A DNA stretch of 63,995 nucleotides, the filler included, from Intoshia linei (taxonomy: Eukaryota > Animalia > Orthonectida): the NCBI GenBank assembly GCA_001642005.1. It is 5 parts of 5 records of this genome, joined end to end, with 100 filler letters (N's around TTAATTAATTAA, not from the genome) between each part and the next. Parts side by side here need not be neighbours in the genome. Positions count along the whole stretch, not along the records: positions 1 to 27,870 come from LWCA01000436.1; 4 more parts are not named here. One strand, written 5' to 3'. Position numbers and translations under genes: made by a program. Numbering within the stretch: position 1 is the first letter of the stretch; every line of letters begins with the position of its first letter. Below, in pieces: positions 1-13,500 of the stretch. The notes under the pieces are model-generated. The model saw only the letters and a list, made by a program, of their open reading frames with translations, was not told the origin of the DNA and made no database searches.

Positions 1-357
1 GAACCAATGCTCTAAAGTACATATGACTTCCGTTATTCGCTTGATCTCCATTTTGGGCGAATAACAAAGATTATACTGTAGCTAAAAAATATCTCAACCA
101 ACTTCCAGGGCCTGCTGAATAAATTCGTCTCTAAAGGGTTAAAGAAATTAAATTCTAAAAATCTTTTTTTTAACCATTTCAGTTCTCAGGTTTTACAAAA
201 TTTTTATGAATATTATCCTGGAAGGCGCAATATATTCATTTGTTTGAAAGCACAACCAGATTATTAATAAATTTAATTCATAATAATAATCCATTGAATT
301 ATGATATGAATGGTTAAAATTCTATATACATTTGTATATTATTAATTATAATTTTAG

Positions 358-890
358 TTTTCAGAATGTGTACTCTAAAAAATACATTAGTAACAATTCA
401 TACCAGTAATATTAATGTATATTTATAATTAAAATGAAATATTAGACCTGCTGAAATTCAATTTTACTCATGTATATTTGCAATTTTGTTAAATATTCCA
501 ATTATTACATTGTACCTATGCTATATATACGTTACTCACCATGAATCATTGATAACACATGAATTTGGAAATGATTTTATATATCAAAATATTATATTTC
601 CAAAAATAGATTTTGTTGTTTTGTTGATAACTAGCGGATTGTTTAATTATACTCAAACTATGCTTTCTCTAATTTTAATTTCAAAAATCTCATCGATAAC
701 ATATAGGTTGTTTCTATTTAGAGTGTATATAACTGGTTATTTTAGTGTGTCAAACACAGTCAAACGTATTTTTAATAGTTTACTCTCCATATTAGTATTT
801 CAAAATACGCTGTCCGGCTTTTCAGCCTTTGGGATGCTTTGTGTTACAGTGGGAGTTTTGCTGTATAATAAAAGTATTGAAATAATTTGA
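358..890 (+). CDS. SLC35E2: 3' exons of an SLC35E2-like solute carrier (triose-phosphate transporter family); exons 358-405, 446-706, 746-890; 5' part outside the window
   Basis: Spliced translation FQNVYSKKYISNNSYQPAEIQFYSC...SITYSVSNTVKRIFNSLLSILVFQNTLSGFSAFGMLCVTVGVLLYNK matches the SLC35E2 motifs LQNVFSKK, PELQFY, SVASTVK and VTVGVLLYNK. GT-AG introns are 40 and 39 bp. Confidence 0.85.
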
Positions 891-1561
891 TTAAATTAAA
901 ATACATGTACATCTAATAAAATTTTAATCCGTTTTATTCGTATTCCAGAGATAATCTTTCCTTTTCTATATTTGAGTTCTAAAACGGAGATAATACTATT
1001 AAAATTAAACTTTAATGAATTAATTATAGAATTAACGATACATATAGATATGTAAAACGTATTTATAAAGCATGATACAATACATAAATGAAAATTAATA
1101 TTTACTATTTATTTGCTACTTTAATTTTACGAAGAGTAGTATTCATAAAACAATACAACCTGCACGACTTTTATAACAATTCGTACAATTACACCAGGAC
1201 AATTTAAATTATATAAAACCGAAATTATTGTCAACGAAAATTTAAATTAACATTGAATTAGATAAATTGTAAATACCAATATATGAGCATTCTCAATATC
1301 CGGTACTTTTAGGTAAATTTTTATGTTTAGGAACTTTGAATCAATTTTATATAAATCCATTATAATTGTATTTATTACCAAACTACACTAATTTGTTTTC
1401 GATTCCCCGGTATTTAGTTTGAATGGAAAATTTTACTTTTCTTGTTCCAATGATTTATTTACAATCGTTGCATAATGTAATTCAATGCATAGTATGGATT
1501 TGACAATTTTACATTTTTGTTTTTAATTTTATTGATATTATTTATTAATTTAGTTTAGAAA

Positions 1562-4500
1562 ATGAAAAATAAAATGTACATGTTTCTGTTACTCTTTTTA
1601 TATTTTTGTATGCATTTTGTAAAATGCCAGTTGGATCAGGGTAAACTTATATTCAAATAGTTAATTATTATTTTATTAATTATATATTTCATTATATTTT
1701 AAATATCTTCCTAGTTTGTACTTTATCAAAAGATGAAGGTACATGGAACGGAAAGTGGAAATATAGATATTTTTATGATGTTAATATTAATAAATGCACC
1801 GATTTTTGGTACGCTGGAGCAAACGGAAATCCCAACAATTTTTTAACTCTAGATGAGTGTCAAGCGAAATGTCATACAAATTCACAAAGTATGATTTTAT
1901 ATAATACTAGGTTGACTGTTATGTACTACGTACAAACAGCACCTAGCTCTGCTGAGGACACATTTTTTTCTACCAAAAAAATAAATTCACGTTGAAAATC
2001 TAACTTAAAAATCATACTATTCACCATTATCAATCCTTTCAAGGAGTGATTCCCAAACTTGTTTCAGGTGGGACCGTCATATCACGTTACTTTTTACTTT
2101 AAAGTAAATTATTCCATTTTAATTTTTTGTTTGTTAACATTTGCGTAAAGAATTTTAAAACCAATTTTTATCCCATTTTTTTAATTTATTAGACAGAATG
2201 TGTGTATAATGTTAAAAATAAAGTAAAAACAGTCTAATCCTAAAAATTGTCATAAATAGCATAAATTTCAGAAAAAATAAAATTATAAACTATTTTGTTA
2301 TTTTGAGTGTGATGATATACAAATTAATTTAATTATGATGATATGTATATTTAGTACCAATTTAATAAATACTTAAAAATACCAATTATGTATCAATAAT
2401 TAACGGAATCATCACTTTATAAACATATTTCAGGCGAATTTTACCAATATTGAAAAGTATTGGTTGATAATATATTGAAAATTATTTTTCACCGGAAATG
2501 CGTAGATTTCTGGGGTTAAAATTTTGTACTTATATCAACTGGAATAAGATGCATCAGAACAATCTTTGTTTTTATTTGTATAACCGTTAATTATTTCAAA
2601 TATTTTGTTTTTCTAAAATAATAGCAAAATAAAAAAAAATAAATACTAAAATGTTTTTGACCATGAAGGCGTCACTTTGTGAGATTGAAATTTTTTCTGT
2701 TTGTTAACTGGATACAACTGTATAAACTGTATTTTTTTGAAATTCTAGGGCTATTTTTAATAAAAGAGTAATATGGGATTTGATCGTAAAAATGCAAATT
2801 TTTGGATTTTTGATTTATGATAATGTTTATTATTTTAAAACATAACCAAAATTTATGTTGTATAAAATTCTATGACTTTTCATTTTTACAAAAAATGGTA
2901 ATTTGTGGTTTATTCCGAGAAGATATAAGATTTTGAAATTAAAAATTGAAATTTATCATAACTTTTTTATGCTAGGCCCACTTTTACTCTTAAAAAAATC
3001 TTAGGTCCACTGAAAAAAAATTCGAGCGAATTATAATAAAATAATGATAAAAACAATAATAATGTATTTATTTTTTAGAATTAATGAGACGATTGAGCTT
3101 GACGATTCTGACAGAGTTTATTAATATTAGATACTAATGTGGTAAGCTTTAATCGTAGATTTTCCCTTTTTGAAATTTGTAGTCTATTTATTTTTGTGTC
3201 AGTAAATCTAAAACTGCACTAAACCAACATTCTTCTAAATAAGAGGATGGAAATGGCAACAAAGCAATTATAGCAAAAGTAGTTAAAGTCGGATTATTGT
3301 GCTATAAATTTGTAATATTTTCCAGGCCACACCAAAAAGTCGTAGGCCCCACCAAATTTCCAATATGCCACCAAAAATTTCGTCATGCCCCACTGGTGGG
3401 GAAACACTGATTAACATGTAGTATTATAAAATAATAATTATGATAAATGCAATATTGACGAGAATACAATTTATGTGTTTTAGCTACTATCCAGTCGTTC
3501 AATAGATGTTTGTTGGAGCAAGCTAGGGGTAGCTGTGATCAGTGGATGTCGAGATATAGTTACGATTCTAACACTAAAAAATGTAATCAATTTTGGTACG
3601 GAGGATGTAATGGGAATGAAAATAGATTCGAAACCAAATCTGAATGTCTAAGTGTCTGTAATTCCTATCAAAACACCACTCCATCTCTATCTCCAGGTAT
3701 AATTAACATTGTTTTTATCTAATAATTACAGCAATGATTCCAAAACTATATACCGTGATGTATTAGAGCGTACCTTCAAGATGGTTTGCAAAAATATAAT
3801 GAATTTTGAGTTTATGGACCCATTCTAAGTAAAAACATCCTAGCAAATACAATACTTATAAATTACGTTACAATTTTAACATATATTTTAACTATGCAAT
3901 TTTTAATTTTATAATTTTTATATTAGGGTGTCCACTTTCGACACTTTTTGTTGAATTAGAAAAAGTATATTTTACTGAACATTGGAAATGTAATTTAGAA
4001 CATAAATATCCAAGACCAAATTCCAAGGTCTATAGTTTATTCCACCTGAAAATTTTTAAAGCTTTTTAAAAAAACTAACTTTATTTAAATTTATTAATTA
4101 AAATTATTGAATTTAGGCAACAGCTTAGAACATTTTTTTTGAACCAAAATTTTAAAGGGGGCTTTTAGGAAATTTTTTTGAACCAAACTTTTAAGGTGGG
4201 TGTCGTGAAAAATTTTATAACTATCAATTGAACGATAATTGATATTAATATAGAAACAGCATTACACTAACAAAACAAAGTAATTAAGCAGTGTATTTTA
4301 AGCCAGATTAATTTAGGTCACATTTCAGTGTGTAAAATGAATAAAATTTACATTGTTATGAGCCAAAATATCTATTCAAAAAAAAATTATCTAAAAACCA
4401 CCCTTGAAATTTTGGTTCAAAAAAAATCTTAAAAACCTCCCCTTGAAAGTTTGGTTCAAAAAAAATTACTAAAATCCAATATTAAACTAAAATATAAATG

Positions 4501-7500
4501 AAAGTTTTACACATTCTACGACTTGCCCGTGGAATGTGTACATTTCAGTTTTAAACATTCTATACGAAATATATAAAAAATTTCATGTTTGTTATTATTT
4601 AAATCAGAGGGGGAAGCATTTACTGTTCTAAGGACGCACTAACGTCCCCAAAAAATTTAAAAAGGCCCACCTTTATAAATAAAATTTAATCAAATACAGC
4701 AGTTATTCTCATGGTGACTGGTCACACCAAGGGTTCAATACGAAAATTTAAGATGATTGGGGTGAATGATAAATTTTTAACACATTTTATTCAATTTGGT
4801 AAAATCTTATGAGAAAAAATCAAAATTTTACCAACCCTTAAGAAAAAAATCCACTTTTACCAAAAATTTATATTTAATTAATAATTTAAATTATTCACAA
4901 GGCCGCATCAAATCGTCAATAAGACCGTACTTTCACCACTTATGATCTAAATAATGAAACAAAAATCCAATAATTTAATAATTATAAGGAATTTTTATTT
5001 ATTTTTACAAATCTAAAATTAACATAAAATATTTAGTTTCATGTGAAAAACATGACATTACAATCTTTTTGGATGCATCTATTACTGAATCTGACATATG
5101 GACGAAAAAATTAGACATGGTTGTTGATATTATAAAAAATAATAAATTTGGAAATGATGATTTGTCGAAAACGCGATATAGTTTGTATTTGTACTCTAAC
5201 GACATTAGCTCGGAAGTAGTCAATATGGGAGAAAAATTTTCTACGTTTGATGAAAGCATTATAAAAAAGTTGGTTTACGCTAATACCGATACTGCCGATA
5301 TAGCCAATGTTTTACGTTTTTATAGAAGTAATTTATACGATAATGCTAATAAAGGATACAGAAAGGAGTATTCAAATATTGTGCTGATAATCACTGATAG
5401 TGTGGACGATAACACCATTTCAAATGATATTTTAAATGAAATAAATTCTACAAAATCTATAGCTAAATTAGCTGTAATTGATATTCAAGACGGGCAAAAC
5501 AGTAATGCTATTCGATGGTCTAATTTGGCCGATCTCACAATTAAAACAGAAAAATACAATGATTTTAATGAAGCTAATACAAACATGGCTAATCTTGTCT
5601 GCAATTCGCTAAAAAGTAATTCACATTATCATGTTAGGTTTATTAACGATTCGCTATTAGCTTTATATTTTAAATTTTTTATTCACACTTAGATTCCACT
5701 AAATTAATTTTTTCTAGACTCTTGTGATAATAGATTTTTTGACTTGACTGTCATTGCAGTGTCATCTCAAAACGATGGAGATTTAGAAGAAAATGCTATA
5801 TTATATGGAATATACAAATCCATGCATCAAGGAATGTTTGGTGCAATTATGCCCACTGGTACGCACATGGCTATGATAAATTCTCCTGAAACGGTTACGA
5901 ATTTTAATTTGGATTTTATAAATTACTATAACCAAGAAGCTTTATATACAAATATTCTTTCCACTACATTTTCGAGCTTTATTCCAAATATTGAACAAAG
6001 TTTATCGATTGCAACAAATTTTTATGTTTCGCAAAATACACGGAATATTAATGATCGTAGCAATTACAATAATGTGGTTATTTTGTTGGTTAATACGAGT
6101 CCGGCTTTGAACTCATTAGCTGGAATTGGTATTGTCACTGCTGCCAACACTTTAAAAAGATATGCATCCATATATGTTATCAGTGTTCCACTTTTTATTA
6201 AATCTGTAGACTATGATAGAGATTTGCTTATACAGATTTCCTCAGATGGCCACGTCTATGAAGCTTCTAGTTATGATAACATACATAACGCATTTCAAAT
6301 ATTACAATCCAAATTATGCTCCGATATACCCACAACAAGTAATTTTTATATAAAAGTATTGATACAATTAATTTTAATAATTATTTTATAATAATAAATT
6401 GTACAATGTATATTAGGTCTATTTCATTTCCATTTTTTATAATATCGAAATATATAACATATATAGATAACTAGTTGACTGTTATGTACTACTTACAAAC
6501 AGCATCTAGCTCTGCCGAGGAGACATTTTTATTCCACCAAAAAAATTATATAAACCTATTTTGTAATTTTTAATGTGATGATATATATTCAGTACCAATT
6601 TAATAAATACTGAAAATACCAATTATGTATCAATAATTAACCGAATCTTCACTTTAAAAACATATTTCAGTCGAATTTTACCACTATTGCAAAGGATTGT
6701 AATAATTTATTATAATTACTAATATAATAATATATATATATATAAAAATGATATTAACAAAATTGATAGCTTTTATTTCGTTGTTGTAGTTTCTATTAAA
6801 ATTTGTATTCTTTATTGGAAATGTGTAGACATTTAATTCACATTTTTTTTGAAATTGTAGGATCAATATTTACATTTTCAATTTTTATTTTATGTTAAAC
6901 AAAATATTTGAAAAATATTGGTTGGTAATATATTAAAAATTATTTTTCATCGGGAATGCGAAGATTTCTCGGGTAGAACTTTTGTATTTATATCAACTGG
7001 AATAAGCTCTATCAGAATAATATTTTTTTTTAATTTTTTGACAGTTAATTATTTCACATTTTTTGTTTTAATAAAATATTTCGGAAACAAAATATATGAA
7101 TACTAAAATACTTTTTTGACCGTGAAGTCGTCACTTATTCGTATTGAAATTTTTTATGTGTGTTAACATAATACAACTCTATCACCTGTAAATTTTTTTA
7201 ATTCTAGGGCAGTTTTCATTAAAAAAAGGTAATTTGTGGTTTTGGCCCTGAAGATTTTTTTAAATTTAAATTTATGATAATGTTCATGATGTTAAAATCC
7301 CCATCAGCGTATATATTTTTTTAAATTCTTCAACTCGTTTGATTTTCAAAAAGAGGGACAATTGGGGTTTTTGTCCCGTAAGATGTGAGTTTGGGCGATT
7401 GACATTTATTTTATTATACGTCCTGAAAAAAACTGTAATTGAAATGTGGACTTTATAAAATTTTAAGACTGGTAGTTATTTCAATAAAGTGGGACACACA

Positions 7501-10500
7501 CACATACACAAACAAAAATAGCGTAGCATATTATATAAGTTAGGATGAGCGCCGTTTAAAGGTTGTAAAATGATGCGAATAATTTTGATTTTGACATAAA
7601 AACTAATGATGCGATTCCAAATACTTTTGAATGATACTATTTGTGTGATTTTTATTTGTTTGATTTAGAAAAATTACCAAGAATAAACGAATTTATAGAA
7701 CTACGAAATAAACGACTAAGAAACTATAAATTATAAACATAATAAAAATGCTTAAAGTTAATTAATTAATATTAAATTAATGTCAGAACCAAATAATTTT
7801 AAATTATAATGTTACAATTTGACCTTCCACCAGTTGTACCAAACATTCTATTTGGTTTGGGTGAACAGATAAAACCACAACCCTGAAAATTATTAATCTT
7901 TCAATTGAAGAATGAGGCGAAGATAAATATTGTTTTACAAGTAAAATAATATTCGGAAAATTTAATTTGATTTATTTTATTGAGGGATAATGCATATTTA
8001 ATTAATTTTAATTTAAAAAAACTGATATTTTTTGCAACTAATTTTTTTTTAAAATAGTAGTAAATAATCGGAATTGTAAAAATCCTAAAATTTTGCCAAT
8101 TCCGTTTTTTTGTAATCGTCGCATCACTAATCACTAACCCCACGTCTTTTGCAGTGGCAGATCTAGGATTTTCAGCTAGGGGCAATAATTATTAAGGGAT
8201 AAACTTATATACTGTATTTAAATTTTAATTTTTATATTATGTTTATTATTATATTTCATTCTACTAAATATTTCAACAGCTGCATAGAAATTGAAGTTAA
8301 ACTCCGATAACAGATTAATATAAATATAACGTAAAAATGATAACAATCATAATTTAATAAATGCAATTTTATGAAAAATTAAAATCCTAGAAATTTTTTT
8401 TTATTTTACACAATGTTAATATACAAATTAAAATATTACGCCAGGGGGGAGGGCGGCCTGCACCCAATTAGATTAGCTACTGATCTCTTATTTCCCCACT
8501 TTCTTCTAGCAGTTATAGATTATTTCTAATTAATTAATTATGTATTGGATATACTGTATGATGGACCATGTGACGCTAATTCTGCTAACTAAAAAAAACA
8601 AAAAAAATCCAATACTATATATCAATACATATATTATACATATATATACAATAATATATATTAATACAATATATATACAATAATATATATTAATAAAATA
8701 TATATATATACTATAATATCGACGCAGTCCATGTTAAAAATGTTGAACCATTATTGTCATTGTTATTGAAAAAATAGTGTCAATTTGGATGAATCAATAA
8801 ACAATATTTTAATGCCCCACTTTATTATTTTTTTTATGACTATTTAATAACAATGATAATCTAATATACATTGCAATTTATTTTAAAGTACAATGCATTG
8901 TACTCTAAATAAAGCTTTCACACGAACTCCATAAACCAATTTAATTAAATTTATTATAAATTATTATTAATTAATTTAAAAATGGTTTTACTACTAATCT
9001 TTACATGTTTTTTTTAAGGTTATTTTTCAATAAAATAAAGAAATGTATTTTTAAAGTAAATAAAAGATGTGTTATTAGAGATATTTCTGATTTAGCAAAC
9101 TTTGAAAAGTTTTTTAAATCTTATTCAGGTAGGTCAAACCCGTTTATATGTTAAAGTATTAAATTCACTTTTTATTGCTGAATGATATCTATTTTAATTT
9201 AGCAACACTGAAACCAAATACAGAAAAAGGAAATAAGGGATCACCAGGTTATTTTAAAATAATTTGAAATATTGCGCATGTTCACTGAAAATTCTTTAGG
9301 TGTCATTTGATAAAAATGCTATATAGGGTGTTTTTATTGAAATTTACAATTAATTATAATTATTATTATTATAAAAATTAAAAAATGTAAGGTATTCAAA
9401 CTATGCACTTTGTAAGTTTTTTATTTTTTCCCAATGTATTTTGTTTTTATTTTATAATTATATAAATGTGTAAGAATATATATATTATATAATGTGTATA
9501 TAATTTTTATGCATTGTAACTTACAGTAAGTGCAAAAATAGAAATTTAATGTAGTAATTAAAGTTTAGTGTAGCGTTACCCAACTGCCTACACCGCATAA
9601 TTTTCCATGGTCTCAGAAGTATATGTATAAAATATGGAAAAACGATCCTTAGAGATCGGGACTATTTACATACTATTACTAGGGAAAATTTACATACACG
9701 TCAATTTATTTTTCTCATTTCACTTTTCTTAATAAAAATGTTAGGAAACGCTGGTTTAGAATCTAAACTTGAGATTACACTATAGATGTTTATTTTTTGG
9801 TTTTTTCGGTTAAATGTCAAGTAAATAAAAATTTTTAGGTGAACGAGGTAGAGATGGGGAAATGGGTTTAAGAGGATTAGCTGGCGAAACTGGTGCAACT
9901 GGTTTTATAATTACTTTTTGTTGTTAATTTTATTAGGAAGTAGAGGATTGCAAGGCATAAAGGGAGAAATAGGATCAATGGGAATTAAAGGTACCAATTT
10001 AAATTTAATAAATATACTAAAAAATACAATAGGACAGCAAGGAACATTAGGTTTTCCAGGTCCACAGGGGCGTAATGGATTGCCAGGTTTAATGAATTAA
10101 TAATTATCTATTTATATCTAGGAACTAACGGGTTTACTGGATTGCAAGGACCCAGAGGTATATTAATTACTAAAAATAAACATTTATTTATAGGTCAAAA
10201 AGGAGAAATTGGCAATGGAGGATTTCCTGGAATAGATGGAAAAGCTGGATTAGACGGATTATCAGGCATTCCTGGATTACCCGGAAAAAACGGTGTGAAA
10301 TTAATTTATTTAAAATTTTTTTTATTTTCCTGATAATTCCATTCTAAATTATACTTTATTTTCAATTATATTTCTTTTATTTCTATTTTTTTTATATTTC
10401 TAATTACTTATAATTATAATTAACAACAATTTCTAAAGCATTTCAACCAAACTAAAAACATTTTCCGTTAGTTTAATGTTATAAAATAATTAAGATACAG

Positions 10501-13500
10501 TAGTAATCTCAAAGATTACCATTAGAGCCGAACGTAACATAATTTCAGACCTTATTCGTAAGCGGGGCGCCGTAAAGTTCATTTTTCAGAAATGATATTT
10601 ATAAAAATTATACACAAAAAATTATATATATCTATTCCAGATTCTAGGATATTGTGGACATGAACAGATGTGACTAGATCTATATGATATTACGCAACAT
10701 GTGAACATTTGTTTGTACCTATTTTTTATTTTCAGGTTAACCTATAGTGTAGTAGGGTCGGCTCTTTTGACTACCGCTAGGAATAGAACCAACTTAAACT
10801 ACTTTTTATATAAATTATATGAGTTTATCTAATTTTTTAATATCTTCACTAAAAGTGACCAGTTCAAAAAAGATTAGTAGTTTTTACAATTTTGAGACTA
10901 AAAATGTAATCCAAATTGACAGAAATTAAATAATATAATTTAAAATCCTGGAACATGGATGAAATTGACGAGGAGGACACATAAACAAATAAAAAAGGAA
11001 ATTTAATTTGTGAGTCAAGAGTCTTGACTCAAGACCCATGAAAAATGTTAAAATTCTAGGAAATGTGAACCTATTGACAAATCAGATATAATTTATATTA
11101 AAATTTAGGTATTGACGGGATAAATGGTTTGCCTGGTTTTAAAGGAAGCAAAGGGTTAGATGGACAAATTGGGATACCTGGTTTTCCAGGTACAAAAGGA
11201 AATAAAGGTATATAAATCTCATAATTCCTAGTTGATATATTAATGAGTATATTGGTTAAATAGTGTAATCTCTAATATTTAAATTTTTAATATTATCAAG
11301 GTGATATTGGTTTGACTGGATTATATGGACCGAAAGGAGATAGAGGAGTAAAAGGAAATTTGGGACCAATTGGAGTGAAAGGCGTACCTGGTTTTCCTGG
11401 TTTGAAAGGTAAAATTTAGTATATAAAGATAATTAAAAAATACATAGTGTTATGTCATAATAATAATAATAAATAATTTTAATTTTACTAATCATTTAAA
11501 ACAGGAAATGATGGATTAATTGGTAAAAAAGGAGATAGTGGCATACCAGGAAGTATTGGTCCAATTGGTTCTCCTGGGCTGAAAGGTATTTGTATAATAA
11601 TTTTCTAGAAAATAATTCTGGGGTAGTGTTTCTCAATTTCTTTTGCTGAGAGTACAATAACAACATATTGAAATTTTGACAGCACATCATGAAAAAATAA
11701 ACATTTACAGAAGTTTTACTAACCTCATTTGTGTTATTGGTCTTTTTATAATTTTTTTCAAAATAGACCAATGGTCTATCTTAGAATCCATTTTAGAGAA
11801 TTTAAAAAATTTTTAATAATTTCGATGAAGATTCTATGACATTAAGTGAAATTAAATTGTTTAAATTTCTCATAAATCAAACATTAACCTAATGTCTAGG
11901 GCAGTTTTTTATGGCAAAATGCCATTTTTTATATGATAATCAGCACGAAATTACAAGCATTATGATATCAATATCATGTTTATTAATTAGCTAATTAACA
12001 ATTTATAAAGTCAATAAATGGCATAAAGTCAAAATTTTTATTAAAGGATATTCGACTTAAAAAAATAATATTTATGATATAATGAACAATAAAATTGAAC
12101 AAATACCACTTTATCTATACAATTTATTAAGAAAAGCGACATCTACCACAAATAGTGTTGAACGGAGTTTCAGTTTGTTAAAAAAATTGCTAACTAAACA
12201 GAGGCAATTTTTACTAGTTAATGTTAAGAAGTATATTATTATACTACCACAGGGGTCGTCATAGATGGTCGATTTGTTTAAAACTAATTAAATTTTATTA
12301 AAAAATATAAAAATACATTTAAATTTTAAATGTAATTTGAACTTCAATGAAATATAAAATATTATATTATGTCTAAAATTTATTTGTTGGCGAACTATTT
12401 CATCTTAACCAATTAAAAAAGCTCATAAAATGTAAATAATAATGCTAATAAAGGTCATTTTGTTAATAAGAATGAATTTAGATAAGAAAAAAATTTTGGG
12501 GGTCAATTCAATACTAAAATTTTTTTGGGGTCGATTGACTAAAAGTCGTGACGTCCTCTGTACTACAATGAACATTAATAATTTTTAACATCTCTAATCA
12601 CACAATGAGATTTAAATCGTTTTTTTGATTCGGGGCCTATGAGAATATTAAAATAAAGATGTTTAAATATTGTATTGATTTAATTTAAGGCCTACGATAG
12701 GAAGGTTTGGGGTACAATTCAGTTGGTATTAACCATAAAAACAAACAAAAATTTTAAAGTCAGATAAAGTCAGTAATTTCATTTTTAGGTCAGTTTTTTT
12801 GTTATTCTATAGGTCAATAAAAAATTGCCCTACTAATGTCTGAAAAAAAATAATTGAGAAAGTTAAAATATGATTTGATTTAATTTAAATAATTATACAA
12901 GAAATTATCACGACACCTCCAAATCTCAGGCGGTACACCATTGTCCATAAAAAAAGTTTGATAAACACTTTTCTGGGTATGGTGGAATGGCCATCGAATA
13001 TCGATAAAAATTTTTATTTTTATTTGTTTTCAAATTTATCAAAATATTTTTTTAACCTTCAAAAATTGACCCATTTTTCTGAAAAATTATGGGATTTTTA
13101 GAATTGGGATTTAATAGTATTAAAAATATCGATTATAATTATTAATCAAAATATTTTAGGAAGTTTCGGTTCTAAAGGTAAATATTACATATTTTATTTA
13201 TTTATAAATGTTTTAATTATATTTTTGTAGGGGATAAAGGAAACAGAGGTATCTAAAATATTTTGTATTAATATACAATGTATTAGGTGATATGGGATTT
13301 AACGGTAAAGATGGTAGTAAAGGTGATAAAGGATTACTCGGGTTAAGAGGTAAATATTTTAATACATTTACTATTAATATTATTATTAATAGGTTATCCA
13401 GGAGTCAAGGGAGACAAAGGTGAAAGAAGTCAAAAAGGTTTATATAAATAAATTCAATTATACTAAATCTAATTAGGAGAAAAAGGTGTAATAGGTTCAC

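Larger units (their letters stand above)
11624..12970. mobile_element. Outer hAT MITE of a three-level nest in a collagen intron
   Basis: TIRs TAGTGTTTCTCAA / TTGATAAACACTT; TSD ttctgggg/ttctgggt. Confidence 0.7.

Noticed and set aside
3732-3766. Possible short terminal exon after Kunitz 2 ([11 protein letters not shown]-stop), which would give a free double-Kunitz protein
   Set aside because: A plausible 35-bp intron precedes it, but there is no independent support. Not called, though worth checking in RNA-seq.
5005-5259. Antisense or alternative-frame ORFs over real exons (also 13851, 21945, 22222, 31349, 36372, 37028, 63205)
   Set aside because: These are shadows of the true coding frame.
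6684-8185. Short ORFs rich in I/F/K/N (also 14834, 15261, 20043, 22701, 26177, 47003, 51784, 58498, 60109)
   Set aside because: They lie in repeats or AT-rich non-coding DNA and have no recognisable motifs.
8615-8715. AT-rich short tandem repeats
   Set aside because: Low-complexity slippage with no further structure.
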